Shown in pieces: positions 47,007 through 55,721 of a stretch of 64,000 bases of DNA (positions are counted from its first letter, which is position 1; each line of letters starts with the position of its first letter). The position numbers were made by a program, and so were the translations under genes. Location of the stretch: positions 14,378-78,377 of IMG/VR virus record IMGVR_UViG_3300038366_000033, one strand, 5' to 3'. The stretch comes from a virus. The notes beneath the pieces are model-generated. The model worked only from the letters and a program-made list of their open reading frames with translations, was not told the origin of the DNA and searched no databases.

Positions 47007-47727
47007 CGTTCATATTGTTCAATGCACCTCTGACAGTGTTCTCGTTTTCTCCTGACTGAATAACTTGGGTCTGGTTGATTCGTCTGCGAGTAGCCATGTA
47101 GTTCTCTCTCATGATGCGTGCACCTTCGGACTGACTGTTGATCGTGACGTTGCCTATGCTGAAGTCCTTGAGCTTGGATGCCTCGATATTCGTGAAGGCG
47201 TAGGCGGATGTAAGCTGTGCACATGCTGTCTCGATTAGAGGGTTTGGTCCTCCTGTTTCAAAGTCCGTGCCCTCGTAGCCGTCTTGGTCAACAGGTGATA
47301 ACACGTAAGAAACATAAAGCTCTCCTTGATCAAGTGCCGTGCCGTCGGCGAGTTCAACTGAGAATCTACCGACCTCTCTATCTTCGAGAACTACGTTTAA
47401 ATCCTCTACCCTCTTGTCGTCATCCTCTATGAAAAATACCTCTAGGTCAGAAGCATTTACTCTGCCGTCATCGTTTTTATCACCGACCTGCAACTCAGAT
47501 CTGTGAGTTCCCTTGAGGTGAAAGGTCTTGTTTTTTCCGTTGATATTATTGTCCTTTTCGCTTGACAACTGTTCGAATATTCTCTCGTCCTGACGCTTCT
47601 GGTTGATATCCTTGTTGAGCTCAGAGGTCGCGACCTCATCACGCAAGTCTCTAATCTTCTGATCGCCGATATCCTGTGAGTCTAGGCCAGAAATCAGGCG
47701 AACCTTGTTTACCGAACAGTATGTCAT
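46984..47727 (-). CDS. head-tail adaptor with inserted domain
   Basis: MTYCSVNKVR N-motif; IETACAQLTS, FSIGNVTI. Confidence 0.7.
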   Translation of the reverse strand: MTYCSVNKVRLISGLDSQDIGDQKIRDLRDEVATSELNKDINQKRQDERIFEQLSSEKDNNINGKNKTFHLKGTHRSELQVGDKNDDGRVNASDLEVFFIEDDDKRVEDLNVVLEDREVGRFSVELADGTALDQGELYVSYVLSPVDQDGYEGTDFETGGPNPLIETACAQLTSAYAFTNIEASKLKDFSIGNVTINSQSEGARIMRENYMATRRRINQTQVIQSGENENTVRGALNNMNDGGGGVY

Positions 47728-47728
47728 T

Positions 47729-48016
47729 TTATTCTACCTGCTCAAGTAAAGACTCAGCCCTAGTCTCCCCTATGCCCGAGATATCTGACAGTGATTCAAC
47801 GTCTGCCTCTTCTACAAAATTGCTGTAATCTCCGTAAACCTGTCTGATTTCGTCTGCCAGTTCATCACCGACACCTTTCAGATCCTCATATTTTCCGTCG
47901 GTGTCAGAGGTTTCAACCTCTCTATCGCCATGTATTTTTCGAGCAACCTCTGTGGCTTCTTCAGTTCTACCATCTCTCAGAGCCGAAGCATACTCCTTTT
48001 CTAAATCGTGTGTCAT
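47729..48016 (-). CDS. helix-hairpin-helix protein
   Basis: DLKGVGDELA, ISGIGETRA. Confidence 0.7.
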   Translation of the reverse strand: MTHDLEKEYASALRDGRTEEATEVARKIHGDREVETSDTDGKYEDLKGVGDELADEIRQVYGDYSNFVEEADVESLSDISGIGETRAESLLEQVE

Positions 48017-48072
48017 AGTATTGTTTTGTGCTAGCTATAAAAAGAGTTTGAAGGGTGTGTTCCCTTTGTGTG

Positions 48073-48330
48073 TTATCTCCTGTCGTCGTTGAAAGCTATG
48101 AAGCCGACATCTACATCTGATGAAGCGCCAGTTCCCAGCGTAAAACCGTTCTGGTCTTTACTGACTACAAAAACGTTTGCGTCAGACTGAGCGGTGGCGA
48201 CAACTTCAGGCTCGCTTTTCATCGAACGATTAAAAGCAAAGCTTGTATCAGCTCCTCCGGAAAGAGTTACAGCGCCAGCTCTTAGATTCCTGGTCTGAAC
48301 TCCTCCTTTGCTAAAGCTTGCATCTCCCAT
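48073..48330 (-). CDS. small capsid decoration/fibre-like protein
   Basis: directly after capsid gene; GAGGTGA RBS. Confidence 0.55.
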   Translation of the reverse strand: MGDASFSKGGVQTRNLRAGAVTLSGGADTSFAFNRSMKSEPEVVATAQSDANVFVVSKDQNGFTLGTGASSDVDVGFIAFNDDRR

Positions 48331-48363
48331 TTTAATTTTTCACCTCTTAGTATTGGTTATATT

Positions 48364-48572
48364 GTGGTTTTGGCGTGTACCGTTCGGCCTTCGGCTCGAC
48401 ATTGCCATCCTGATTGGATACAGGCGTTGACTCCGTGGTGTCCGAGCTCACGCTTTCGCGTCTGGCCGCCCCACCCAGATAAATGAAAAACGGTCGGGGA
48501 TAAAGGGTATAGTGGCTTCGCCAAGAGACTTACGTAGTTTTGCCTCAGGGCGTCACCGGAAAGTCAGACTAG
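48364..48572 (-). ncRNA. candidate structured RNA downstream of capsid gene
   Basis: GC-rich ORF-free gap with multiple stems and a possible pseudoknot. Confidence 0.55.
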
Positions 48573-48576
48573 GTTT

Positions 48577-49551
48577 TTACGCCTTTGTCTGAATCAAGCT
48601 AAGAGCGTCTGGCTGGACTGTGTTCGTTTCGAACGCGTGATCGTAGTAGATCCTCTGTGCGTTCTCTTCCCTGTTGTACTGCATGTCCATGTTCGGAAGC
48701 TCCTTGTAAGCAAGAAGCGGTCCGACTGCACGGCCATCAGGTCCTTCTCCAACTAGGTAAGCGAACTCATCTCCTGCGTCATCTCTGACAGCTGCCTGTG
48801 TCTTCATAACTGAGACACCTAGGTACTGTCCAATCTCTCCTTCCATAACTACTTCGTCATCTCCGTACTCGGAAGCGTTTGTGAACTGAGAGTCTTTTCT
48901 GAGATCATTAATCTGTGCAGGTGATACTATGAGGAATCTTGGTGTGTAGTTATTACGTTCGACGTTCTCCATTGCATCAGCAATAGCTTCAGGTGTAAGC
49001 TCTCCTGAGCCAGTCTGATCAACGACATTTGCTGCAGGTGTTGCGTCTACAATCTCATCACGGATTGCTAGGTCAACGTCCTCTGCGATCTGTTGAGTTA
49101 CCGCATTACGCGCTTCCTCAACAAGATCAATGTTCGTTGTCATCATAGCTTGCTTACTTATCTCGATACCGCCTGAGACAAACGAATCTGCCGTAATAGT
49201 TGTCTCAATGGTGTCAAGATTCTCAAGCTGCTGGTAGGTTCTGTCTTCTCCCTCAACTGACTGTTGATCAGTCAAGTCAAGGTGACCTGTCGTCCTCGGA
49301 ATCTCCAAGGTGCTGTCTCCAACATCAACAAGGTCATCATAGACTGAAGCAACTCTTTCGAACACTCTTCTTTCTTCAGCGTCTCGAATTACTCTTTCGA
49401 GGAACTCAATCGCTGTAAAGTCGGAAAGATTGTCTCCTGCGTTCGTGGTGGTGCCTGTAGTTGTGGCTCCGCCTGTTGCCTGCAGTTCAGCTACCTTCTC
49501 TGAAAGCCTCTGCCTATCTTTGGCTTTCTTTCCTTTTGCCATTCTTGTCAT
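48577..49551 (-). CDS. major capsid protein (HK97 fold)
   Basis: GDSTLEIP, QQIAEDVD, RFLIVSPAQINDLRKD, GEIGQYLGVSV. Confidence 0.9.
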   Translation of the reverse strand: MTRMAKGKKAKDRQRLSEKVAELQATGGATTTGTTTNAGDNLSDFTAIEFLERVIRDAEERRVFERVASVYDDLVDVGDSTLEIPRTTGHLDLTDQQSVEGEDRTYQQLENLDTIETTITADSFVSGGIEISKQAMMTTNIDLVEEARNAVTQQIAEDVDLAIRDEIVDATPAANVVDQTGSGELTPEAIADAMENVERNNYTPRFLIVSPAQINDLRKDSQFTNASEYGDDEVVMEGEIGQYLGVSVMKTQAAVRDDAGDEFAYLVGEGPDGRAVGPLLAYKELPNMDMQYNREENAQRIYYDHAFETNTVQPDALSLIQTKA

Positions 49552-52034
49552 TGGAACATCATCTCCTTTGTTGCTGAAACTCCGCTATCAGAGTTCATCT
49601 GTGAGAAAATCTGGGCGTGAAGTTCTTCGTCAGAAAGCTCTGATACTTCCTCACGTAGGTCTTCTGGGCCCTCCTCATCGCCTGATGCCTGAGTAGCTCT
49701 CTGAGGGTTGGCTACCTTCTCAGATAGTTCTTCAACTTCCTCATCTTTCTCCTCAAGCTTCTCTTCAAGGTCTGAGATTTTTTCCTCGAACATCTGTGTA
49801 ACTTCGTCGATCTTTTCCTCGACATCTTTGTTCGATTCTTCGAATTTCTCAGCAGCCTCTGATAGACTCATATCTGGATTTTGCTTCCGGAACTCCTCAA
49901 ACTCAGAAAGTTCCGTGTCAGGAGCTTCTGATTCTTCGACGCTGTTTCCAGCCTCTTCTTCTTCCTCGTCTCCAAGTTCTTGCTTCAGAGAGTCGACGAC
50001 TTCACTTTTGAAGTCCTCTAGCTCATCCGCTGTAACGTAGTCCTCAACAGTTTCTTCTTCCTGTTCGGAAGCTTCTTCTGCCTTCGGCTCTTGATTTTCT
50101 TCTGCCATAGGATTTTTCACCATAACATCTTTTTCGCTGCTCTCGGATTCACCCTTCTTCGGGTGACCGTCAGGGAGCAAGTCATTATCTTGTGTGTATG
50201 CGTCATTCTCGGGGTTACCGTTCCTGACTAGATATAGAAATGCGTTCACTCGGGCCATCGACCACTGTTGTGCTGACATACCTGGTCTGTGCGTATCTTC
50301 GTACGCGCCCATTCCTCTGTTGTATACTTTCTTGAGCATGGTCTTGGTGACCTTCTTACCTTCTTCGTCGCCATGCTTCTCGTTATGTTCTTCTACCTTG
50401 CTTTCGATAGCCTTCTCTTGACTGTCGCTAATTAGCTCCATAGTATCTTCATTTTCGATGGCGTCACTGATCGAGTCGCTGATTTCATCTTGATCCTCCT
50501 TGTCAGGATCAAACTTTCTGACTGGTGAGGCGTTTGTAATATCTTCAAGCCTCTCATCACTGATAGCATCATCGCTTGGTGTATTCCCCCACGGTCCGAC
50601 TTCGTCCATATCCTTTCTGCGGACGTCCCCGGTAGGGTGCCATACGCCGTCATCGTCCTGAACATACATTCTGATGTCGACCTTCAGTTGACCGTCCTCG
50701 CTGTCTGGCTCAATTACACGAATGACTTTACCGTGTGCTTCGAACCCTTCCTCCGGTTCCCACTGTACCCAGTCGTCTTCTCCGACGGGCATGTCCTCTG
50801 CCATATCAACCTCGTCAAAGCTGGCGTCCTCGAAGTTCGAGTTTGCCATCTCTGTCAACATCTCCTGTACCTCCAGTACTGTGTCGCTGTCGATGCCTTC
50901 AACCTGAGATGCTCTTGCCTTCGCGTTTCCGAGTGCGGAAAGTGAGAGCTCTCCATCTGGGAATACTACAGGCAGTGAAAGGTCGCCGTAGTTTTCGGCC
51001 GGGAAGCCGGAACTTGATAGTACAAATTTTTCTTCAATCATCTCTTTCTCGTCGTCCGGAAGCTCTGAGTATGTGTCCTCCGAAACGTCAAAGTCCTCTA
51101 GGTCTGGTCTGGACCAATCTCTTTCTGGTGCCAGTCCGTCAAACTCTGGCTTGTGTACTTCGTAACTCATCTCCTGCATAGAGACGAATCTGTCGTCACC
51201 GAAGTCTGCGTCAAAGTTGCCGTTTGCAAGGTTGTCTGTAAGTTTCTCTACACGCTCGATCTCGCTGTCCTCGATACCTGATACCTGTGACACGCGAGAC
51301 TTTGCTTGCTGTAGTGCGCTTCTGTTGAGCTCTCCTTCAGTAGTCACGACTGGAAGAGCGTAGTCTGTGTACTGGTCTGCAGGGAACCCTGACTTACTGA
51401 CCAAAAAGTGCTTGCCGATCGCGGTCTTCTGTTCTTCAGATAGTTCACTGTAGTTGCTGTGACCGACAAAGTCCTTCAGGGAAGGTGCGTCAAACTCGCT
51501 GTCGCCTACTTCTCTGTACTTTGGTCTGTGTACACTCAGGTCCTCAAGTACGCTTGTGATATCTTCGTTCAGCCAAGTCGTCTTGACCGCAGGATTAATC
51601 ACAAGTGAAAAGTTCTCGAACTCGAAGTCCTGCATCTTGTTCTGGTCGTCGACCATGCCGTCAGCCTTTGGCGATACTCCGAAAGGAGCACCGTATTCTA
51701 GGTTCATGGCCGCTTGCTTGTCTGTAATCACGAGATCGCTGACTACATCGTCTCCTTCCATTCTCACGTTCTCGACTTTACCGACGTACATGTCAGCGGA
51801 TCTGTCGTCGTGATCGTAGAAAAGAGATGCGTTTGGTGGATTCTGGTCGCCAGGTTGCTGGTCCATATTGAAATCTGTACGATTAACTGCTTCTCTGAGC
51901 TCCTGTGCCGTCCACTGTAGTCCGTTCCACTGTCCCTCGCTCAATACTGTAGCATCTTCGACGCGATACGGAACAGATACCTCGCTCTCAAGATCCATGA
52001 CCTCATCGGCCGAGAGCTTTGTTACAGACTCCAT
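49548..52034 (-). CDS. prohead protease-scaffold polyprotein with inserted accessory domains
   Basis: EGQWNG, FYDH, VGKV, GVS, FSLVINPA; acidic coiled-coil C-terminus; start moved to ATG 52034 behind the late promoter. Confidence 0.8.
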   Translation of the reverse strand: MESVTKLSADEVMDLESEVSVPYRVEDATVLSEGQWNGLQWTAQELREAVNRTDFNMDQQPGDQNPPNASLFYDHDDRSADMYVGKVENVRMEGDDVVSDLVITDKQAAMNLEYGAPFGVSPKADGMVDDQNKMQDFEFENFSLVINPAVKTTWLNEDITSVLEDLSVHRPKYREVGDSEFDAPSLKDFVGHSNYSELSEEQKTAIGKHFLVSKSGFPADQYTDYALPVVTTEGELNRSALQQAKSRVSQVSGIEDSEIERVEKLTDNLANGNFDADFGDDRFVSMQEMSYEVHKPEFDGLAPERDWSRPDLEDFDVSEDTYSELPDDEKEMIEEKFVLSSSGFPAENYGDLSLPVVFPDGELSLSALGNAKARASQVEGIDSDTVLEVQEMLTEMANSNFEDASFDEVDMAEDMPVGEDDWVQWEPEEGFEAHGKVIRVIEPDSEDGQLKVDIRMYVQDDDGVWHPTGDVRRKDMDEVGPWGNTPSDDAISDERLEDITNASPVRKFDPDKEDQDEISDSISDAIENEDTMELISDSQEKAIESKVEEHNEKHGDEEGKKVTKTMLKKVYNRGMGAYEDTHRPGMSAQQWSMARVNAFLYLVRNGNPENDAYTQDNDLLPDGHPKKGESESSEKDVMVKNPMAEENQEPKAEEASEQEEETVEDYVTADELEDFKSEVVDSLKQELGDEEEEEAGNSVEESEAPDTELSEFEEFRKQNPDMSLSEAAEKFEESNKDVEEKIDEVTQMFEEKISDLEEKLEEKDEEVEELSEKVANPQRATQASGDEEGPEDLREEVSELSDEELHAQIFSQMNSDSGVSATKEMMFQ

Positions 52035-52048
52035 ACTAAGACCGGAAA

Positions 52049-52064
52049 TTAGTCGCATTTATAA
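52049..52064 (-). promoter_or_regulatory. late promoter motif TTATAAATGCGACTAA (copy 2)
   Basis: TATA about 25-30 nt before ATG 52034. Confidence 0.75.
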
Positions 52065-52080
52065 AATTTTGTTAGGCTGT

Positions 52081-52239
52081 CTATACGACATCAAAGTCAT
52101 TCTGGTATCTCCACACTGTTCGCTTTGCGACACCGACTTCATCTGCGATGACCGGGCGTTCTTTGCCCTCTAGTGAAAGTTCTACAATCTTTCTGATCTG
52201 TTTTACACTGACCTCCCGACTTCCAACAGGTCTTGCCAT
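52081..52239 (-). CDS. 52-aa Hin-like HTH protein (not in ORF track)
   Basis: MARPVGSREVSVKQIRKIVELSLEGKERPVIADEVGVAKRTVWRY; TGATG overlap. Confidence 0.75.
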   Translation of the reverse strand: MARPVGSREVSVKQIRKIVELSLEGKERPVIADEVGVAKRTVWRYQNDFDVV

Positions 52240-52727
52240 CAGGAAACACCCATCGGGTTCGGGACCATGATGGCATCGTCTCCGTAAAGTGCCTCGTAGT
52301 CCTTGATCAGGACGCCCTCGCTGGAGTCCAGAAGTCTAAACAGTTTTACGGCCTCTTCCATCTCCTCACGCTCGGTGACCACGAGTGGCCTGTTCATCTT
52401 GACCGCAGAGTTGTATCTGAACTCGTTCCTCAGAATCTTGTATCTCGTAGGCCACTTCTCGCCTCTCATGTCCTCGCCGTCATAGAAAAGAACGTCGCTG
52501 GCATAGAAGGTCTTGTCATCGACATATCCTTCCAGTAGGAACTCGTTGTCTGCGATGACAGATGCCACGCGGTTGTCTACATCGTTCTCTGGCTCAAACG
52601 TCGCGTCCTTACCGCTGCAGTAAAATAGTGATTTTTCTCCGTCAACCTTTCTCTCAACCACATACTTATCTTTCAATTTGAATGGTAAATCGTCTCTCTT
52701 TCTCATTGTATTCTTTAGTTCTGCCAT
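52239..52727 (-). CDS. stand-alone ATP-dependent ligase-like adenylation domain
   Basis: ERKVDG, LLEG, SDVLFYDGEDMR, EGVLIKD; no OB domain. Confidence 0.75.
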   Translation of the reverse strand: MAELKNTMRKRDDLPFKLKDKYVVERKVDGEKSLFYCSGKDATFEPENDVDNRVASVIADNEFLLEGYVDDKTFYASDVLFYDGEDMRGEKWPTRYKILRNEFRYNSAVKMNRPLVVTEREEMEEAVKLFRLLDSSEGVLIKDYEALYGDDAIMVPNPMGVS

Positions 52728-54100
52728 ATCTGGTCTAGAGCGTCCTGTACGTTCTCGGAGACTTCTACGTTCTCTCCTCCTTCAATCTTGTGAATACTGA
52801 CCGGATCAACACGGACGCCGTCGTTATCGCTATTTTCTGTCATTCTCTGTTGGTCGGCGTGGAAAACCTCAGCCGCCCTTCTCTCTTCACTCATCTCTTC
52901 CGGCACAACTCTGTCCGTCCAGTTGCTGTGCTGTGCGCCAGGCATGTAGTAGATTGTCGAGTCCTGAAGTACGTCTTCCGGGACTTCTTCCGGAGGCAAA
53001 AAGACCATAGGATGTAGATGTGTATCTTCGAGTCCGAGTTGCTTTGCCCTCTGCATAGCGTCCTCGTTGTTCTCATACAGGACCTGCTGTGGTACCGGAG
53101 ATATCTCATAGTCCTCTTCAGCCACTTCGGCCCAGTCCGAGTGTTCGCCGCCTGCCATATTGTATACTGTTACGTCGTCCATCAGGTCGTCTGGTATCTC
53201 TTCTGGAGGTCTGAACACGACAGGGTGTCTGTGTACTCCGTCCAGTCCGAGCTCTTCAGCTCTCTCCATGGCGTCGCCACGGTTTTCGTAAAGTACCTGT
53301 TGCGGTATCGGAGCGAACTCGTAGTCGTACTTCTGATCTTCCTGAAGCTCCTCGACAGGATTATTCTTCACGTCTCTGATTGTCGGACTGATCTTGTTCT
53401 CCAACAGATTTATCATGTTTATCATCTGTGCCCGCATGTCTCTGACGTTGTCTAAGTCCTTCTCGCTCTCAAGGGCTACGGCGAGATCATTGAACTCACT
53501 CGAAAACATCTGCATGACGTCTGTCATGGTCCATGCGTGGTGTGCTAGATTTTCTGCTTCTTTTATGTTCCTACGTTCTTGTAGTTCACTACTCATAGTA
53601 ATACCGTCAACTGGTTCTAAATCATTCTTTACTTCGCTGTTCGGTTCAGGTATGCTGTCAAAGGGATTGTACGCCCAGTTCAGAAGTGATATGGCCCACG
53701 GGCTCGGACAGCCATGCGTTCCCTCTCGGGGACTGTCTGGTCTCGCTCCTCTCATCCTGTTTATGAAGCTGATAGTTCTCTCGGCGTCGTCGTAGTCCTC
53801 TTCCGTCCAGTCTGATTTGTTTTTTGATAGAAGTCTTAGATTACGTTTTATTACTGCCTCTGGGTCCAGACTCGCCTCCCGACTACATGGGTTTTTACTC
53901 CACCTCGTAAGTTGGTTGGCGGTTATGTTTACTGTGTCGTCCCACTCGCTGTATATTTCATCTCTGTCTCTGTCCTCGTCAAGCTCTATTTCGAGCCCAA
54001 AGTTCTCTACAGATCTCTCGTACTGTGCCAGAAACAGGTCGCGTTCAAACTGTGATCTCTCTTTTCCGTACTTAGATCTGAGACGGGAGATAATACTCAC
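52715..54100 (-). CDS. head-module protein: DUF3140-like domain + two His-containing repeats
   Basis: VNITANQL..W...DWTEEDY...WAISLLNWAYNP; two PQQVLYEN..DAM.RA..LGL...H.HP repeats. Confidence 0.65.
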   Translation of the reverse strand: MSIISRLRSKYGKERSQFERDLFLAQYERSVENFGLEIELDEDRDRDEIYSEWDDTVNITANQLTRWSKNPCSREASLDPEAVIKRNLRLLSKNKSDWTEEDYDDAERTISFINRMRGARPDSPREGTHGCPSPWAISLLNWAYNPFDSIPEPNSEVKNDLEPVDGITMSSELQERRNIKEAENLAHHAWTMTDVMQMFSSEFNDLAVALESEKDLDNVRDMRAQMINMINLLENKISPTIRDVKNNPVEELQEDQKYDYEFAPIPQQVLYENRGDAMERAEELGLDGVHRHPVVFRPPEEIPDDLMDDVTVYNMAGGEHSDWAEVAEEDYEISPVPQQVLYENNEDAMQRAKQLGLEDTHLHPMVFLPPEEVPEDVLQDSTIYYMPGAQHSNWTDRVVPEEMSEERRAAEVFHADQQRMTENSDNDGVRVDPVSIHKIEGGENVEVSENVQDALDQIWQN

Positions 54101-55323
54101 TCTTCGTCACCTACTTTTGTGAGGGGCTCACCACTGTTGCTGAGGACATCGTCATTGTCCATCTCTCCTCCATATCCGAGGGGTACGTCTGTATCAAACT
54201 CGATCTCGGGAACATCGTCTATATCGTTGAACTCGGCAATCTGGTCAAACAGTTGAGATTCTAGGTTTCTGGATGTTCTACTTATGATGTCTCTGAGTGA
54301 GATCTGGAACATCCGGTCCTGTATTCTGAGTGTGGCGCGGTTAACGTCCTCACCTTTACCCATGGCGATTGCATTTGCTACACCGAGTCCTGCGGAGATT
54401 TCTTTGTTGAAGTGCTTGAAGAACTCCAGTACGGATGCCGGGTTGTCAGACTCTAGCATCTCCATGTTGACATAGTACGGGTATGTCCACTCCGTAGAGT
54501 TTCTGGCGTCTTTCATCTGGTCGTTGATCTCTGCGATCTGTTCGGGCTGTGGCTCGTGGTTCTCATCGCCGACATACGAGACTCTTGTGGGCATCAGACT
54601 CTGGTGTGCGAAGTCGCCGTAGTCTTGCTTCAGAAGATGACTCCTTTCTGCGTCATCATAGATAGGTCCTACGAGTCCGGTCGGGTAGAATCCGTCTCCG
54701 GTCTCGTACATCTTGAGGTGAATCATAGAATCGGCAGGTATGAATATTTCGTTATTAGAAAGCGATACTCCTTCGGGAACTTCGTGAACTTGGTCTACCA
54801 TATCGCCCTCGTAGTACTCTACTTCTTGGACGTAACCCACAGGGTTCTGGTATTCATCAAGTGCGATGTCCTGTCCGGCGCCGTATACACCCGACCCGGT
54901 GGATCCCTGACGGGCATAGTCGACACGTTTCGGGTCTACAAACGCAAGGTCGAGTGGCTCTCCTGTGTCTGCGTCACGTATGATTTCGATAAATGACTCG
55001 CCGTAGATAAGTTTGTACTTGTATGCCTTGCTGTGTATCTCGCTCCATGGCGCATGTCCGCCTATCTCTCCGACATTGGAAAGCCAGTCGCGGAAGAACT
55101 CGGTGTTTTCTCCGACCAGATTACGGTCGCGTGACATGATTGTCTGGAATATTTTGTTTATACCGTTGAATACCGCAGGTACGTTCTCATAAGCGTTTTC
55201 TAGTTGTTCATCATCAACGCTTGTATCTCTGGTAGAATCATCTTTTATAGATGCCTGCTGGCCTGAAGAGCTCACATCCTGTAACTCTTCGGTATCGCTA
55301 AGTACTTCTGTTATGCTTCTCAT
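54097..55323 (-). CDS. portal protein
   Basis: after terminase; LIYGESFIEI, VDPKRV, MIHLK, ISAGLGV. Confidence 0.85.
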   Translation of the reverse strand: MRSITEVLSDTEELQDVSSSGQQASIKDDSTRDTSVDDEQLENAYENVPAVFNGINKIFQTIMSRDRNLVGENTEFFRDWLSNVGEIGGHAPWSEIHSKAYKYKLIYGESFIEIIRDADTGEPLDLAFVDPKRVDYARQGSTGSGVYGAGQDIALDEYQNPVGYVQEVEYYEGDMVDQVHEVPEGVSLSNNEIFIPADSMIHLKMYETGDGFYPTGLVGPIYDDAERSHLLKQDYGDFAHQSLMPTRVSYVGDENHEPQPEQIAEINDQMKDARNSTEWTYPYYVNMEMLESDNPASVLEFFKHFNKEISAGLGVANAIAMGKGEDVNRATLRIQDRMFQISLRDIISRTSRNLESQLFDQIAEFNDIDDVPEIEFDTDVPLGYGGEMDNDDVLSNSGEPLTKVGDEE

Positions 55324-55329
55324 AGATTC

Positions 55330-55680
55330 TTATGCCTCTTTCCTGAGACTTGGCGTCATCTTGGTGAAGACATACCAGAGAGACCCCCAAGCCACAACAC
55401 TGTAAATCGTCAGAGGGAAGCCCAAGAAGTAATCGAAAACTATGTTCAGTATCAAACCGTTGGCCAATGTGATCCATAAAAACTCGTTGAAGACGTAGTC
55501 TAGGGCTGGCTTGTAGGTCGTTCCCCAGTTCTGACGTAAGTATTGCCTGAAGAGTCTGTATCTTGTCTTTGTCTTGTATAACTTCAGCTTCAGGCCTAGT
55601 TTTTGCCATACCTGATTACGGGCGTCACTAATCTTGCCACGTAGGTTCCTGTATACTTTCTTCAAATCAGGCACGGACAT
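55330..55680 (-). CDS. basic 2-TM membrane protein
   Basis: two hydrophobic helices; TATA-like element upstream. Confidence 0.6.
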   Translation of the reverse strand: MSVPDLKKVYRNLRGKISDARNQVWQKLGLKLKLYKTKTRYRLFRQYLRQNWGTTYKPALDYVFNEFLWITLANGLILNIVFDYFLGFPLTIYSVVAWGSLWYVFTKMTPSLRKEA

Positions 55681-55721
55681 TATGATTAAATGTGTTTTCC
55701 TTACTTAAAACCTTTTGTGTG

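Noticed and set aside
48500-48572. Hammerhead or HDV-like ribozyme
   Set aside because: CTGAGG and CGAA are suggestive, but I could not build the CUGANGA/GAAA core or the HDV nested pseudoknot by eye.
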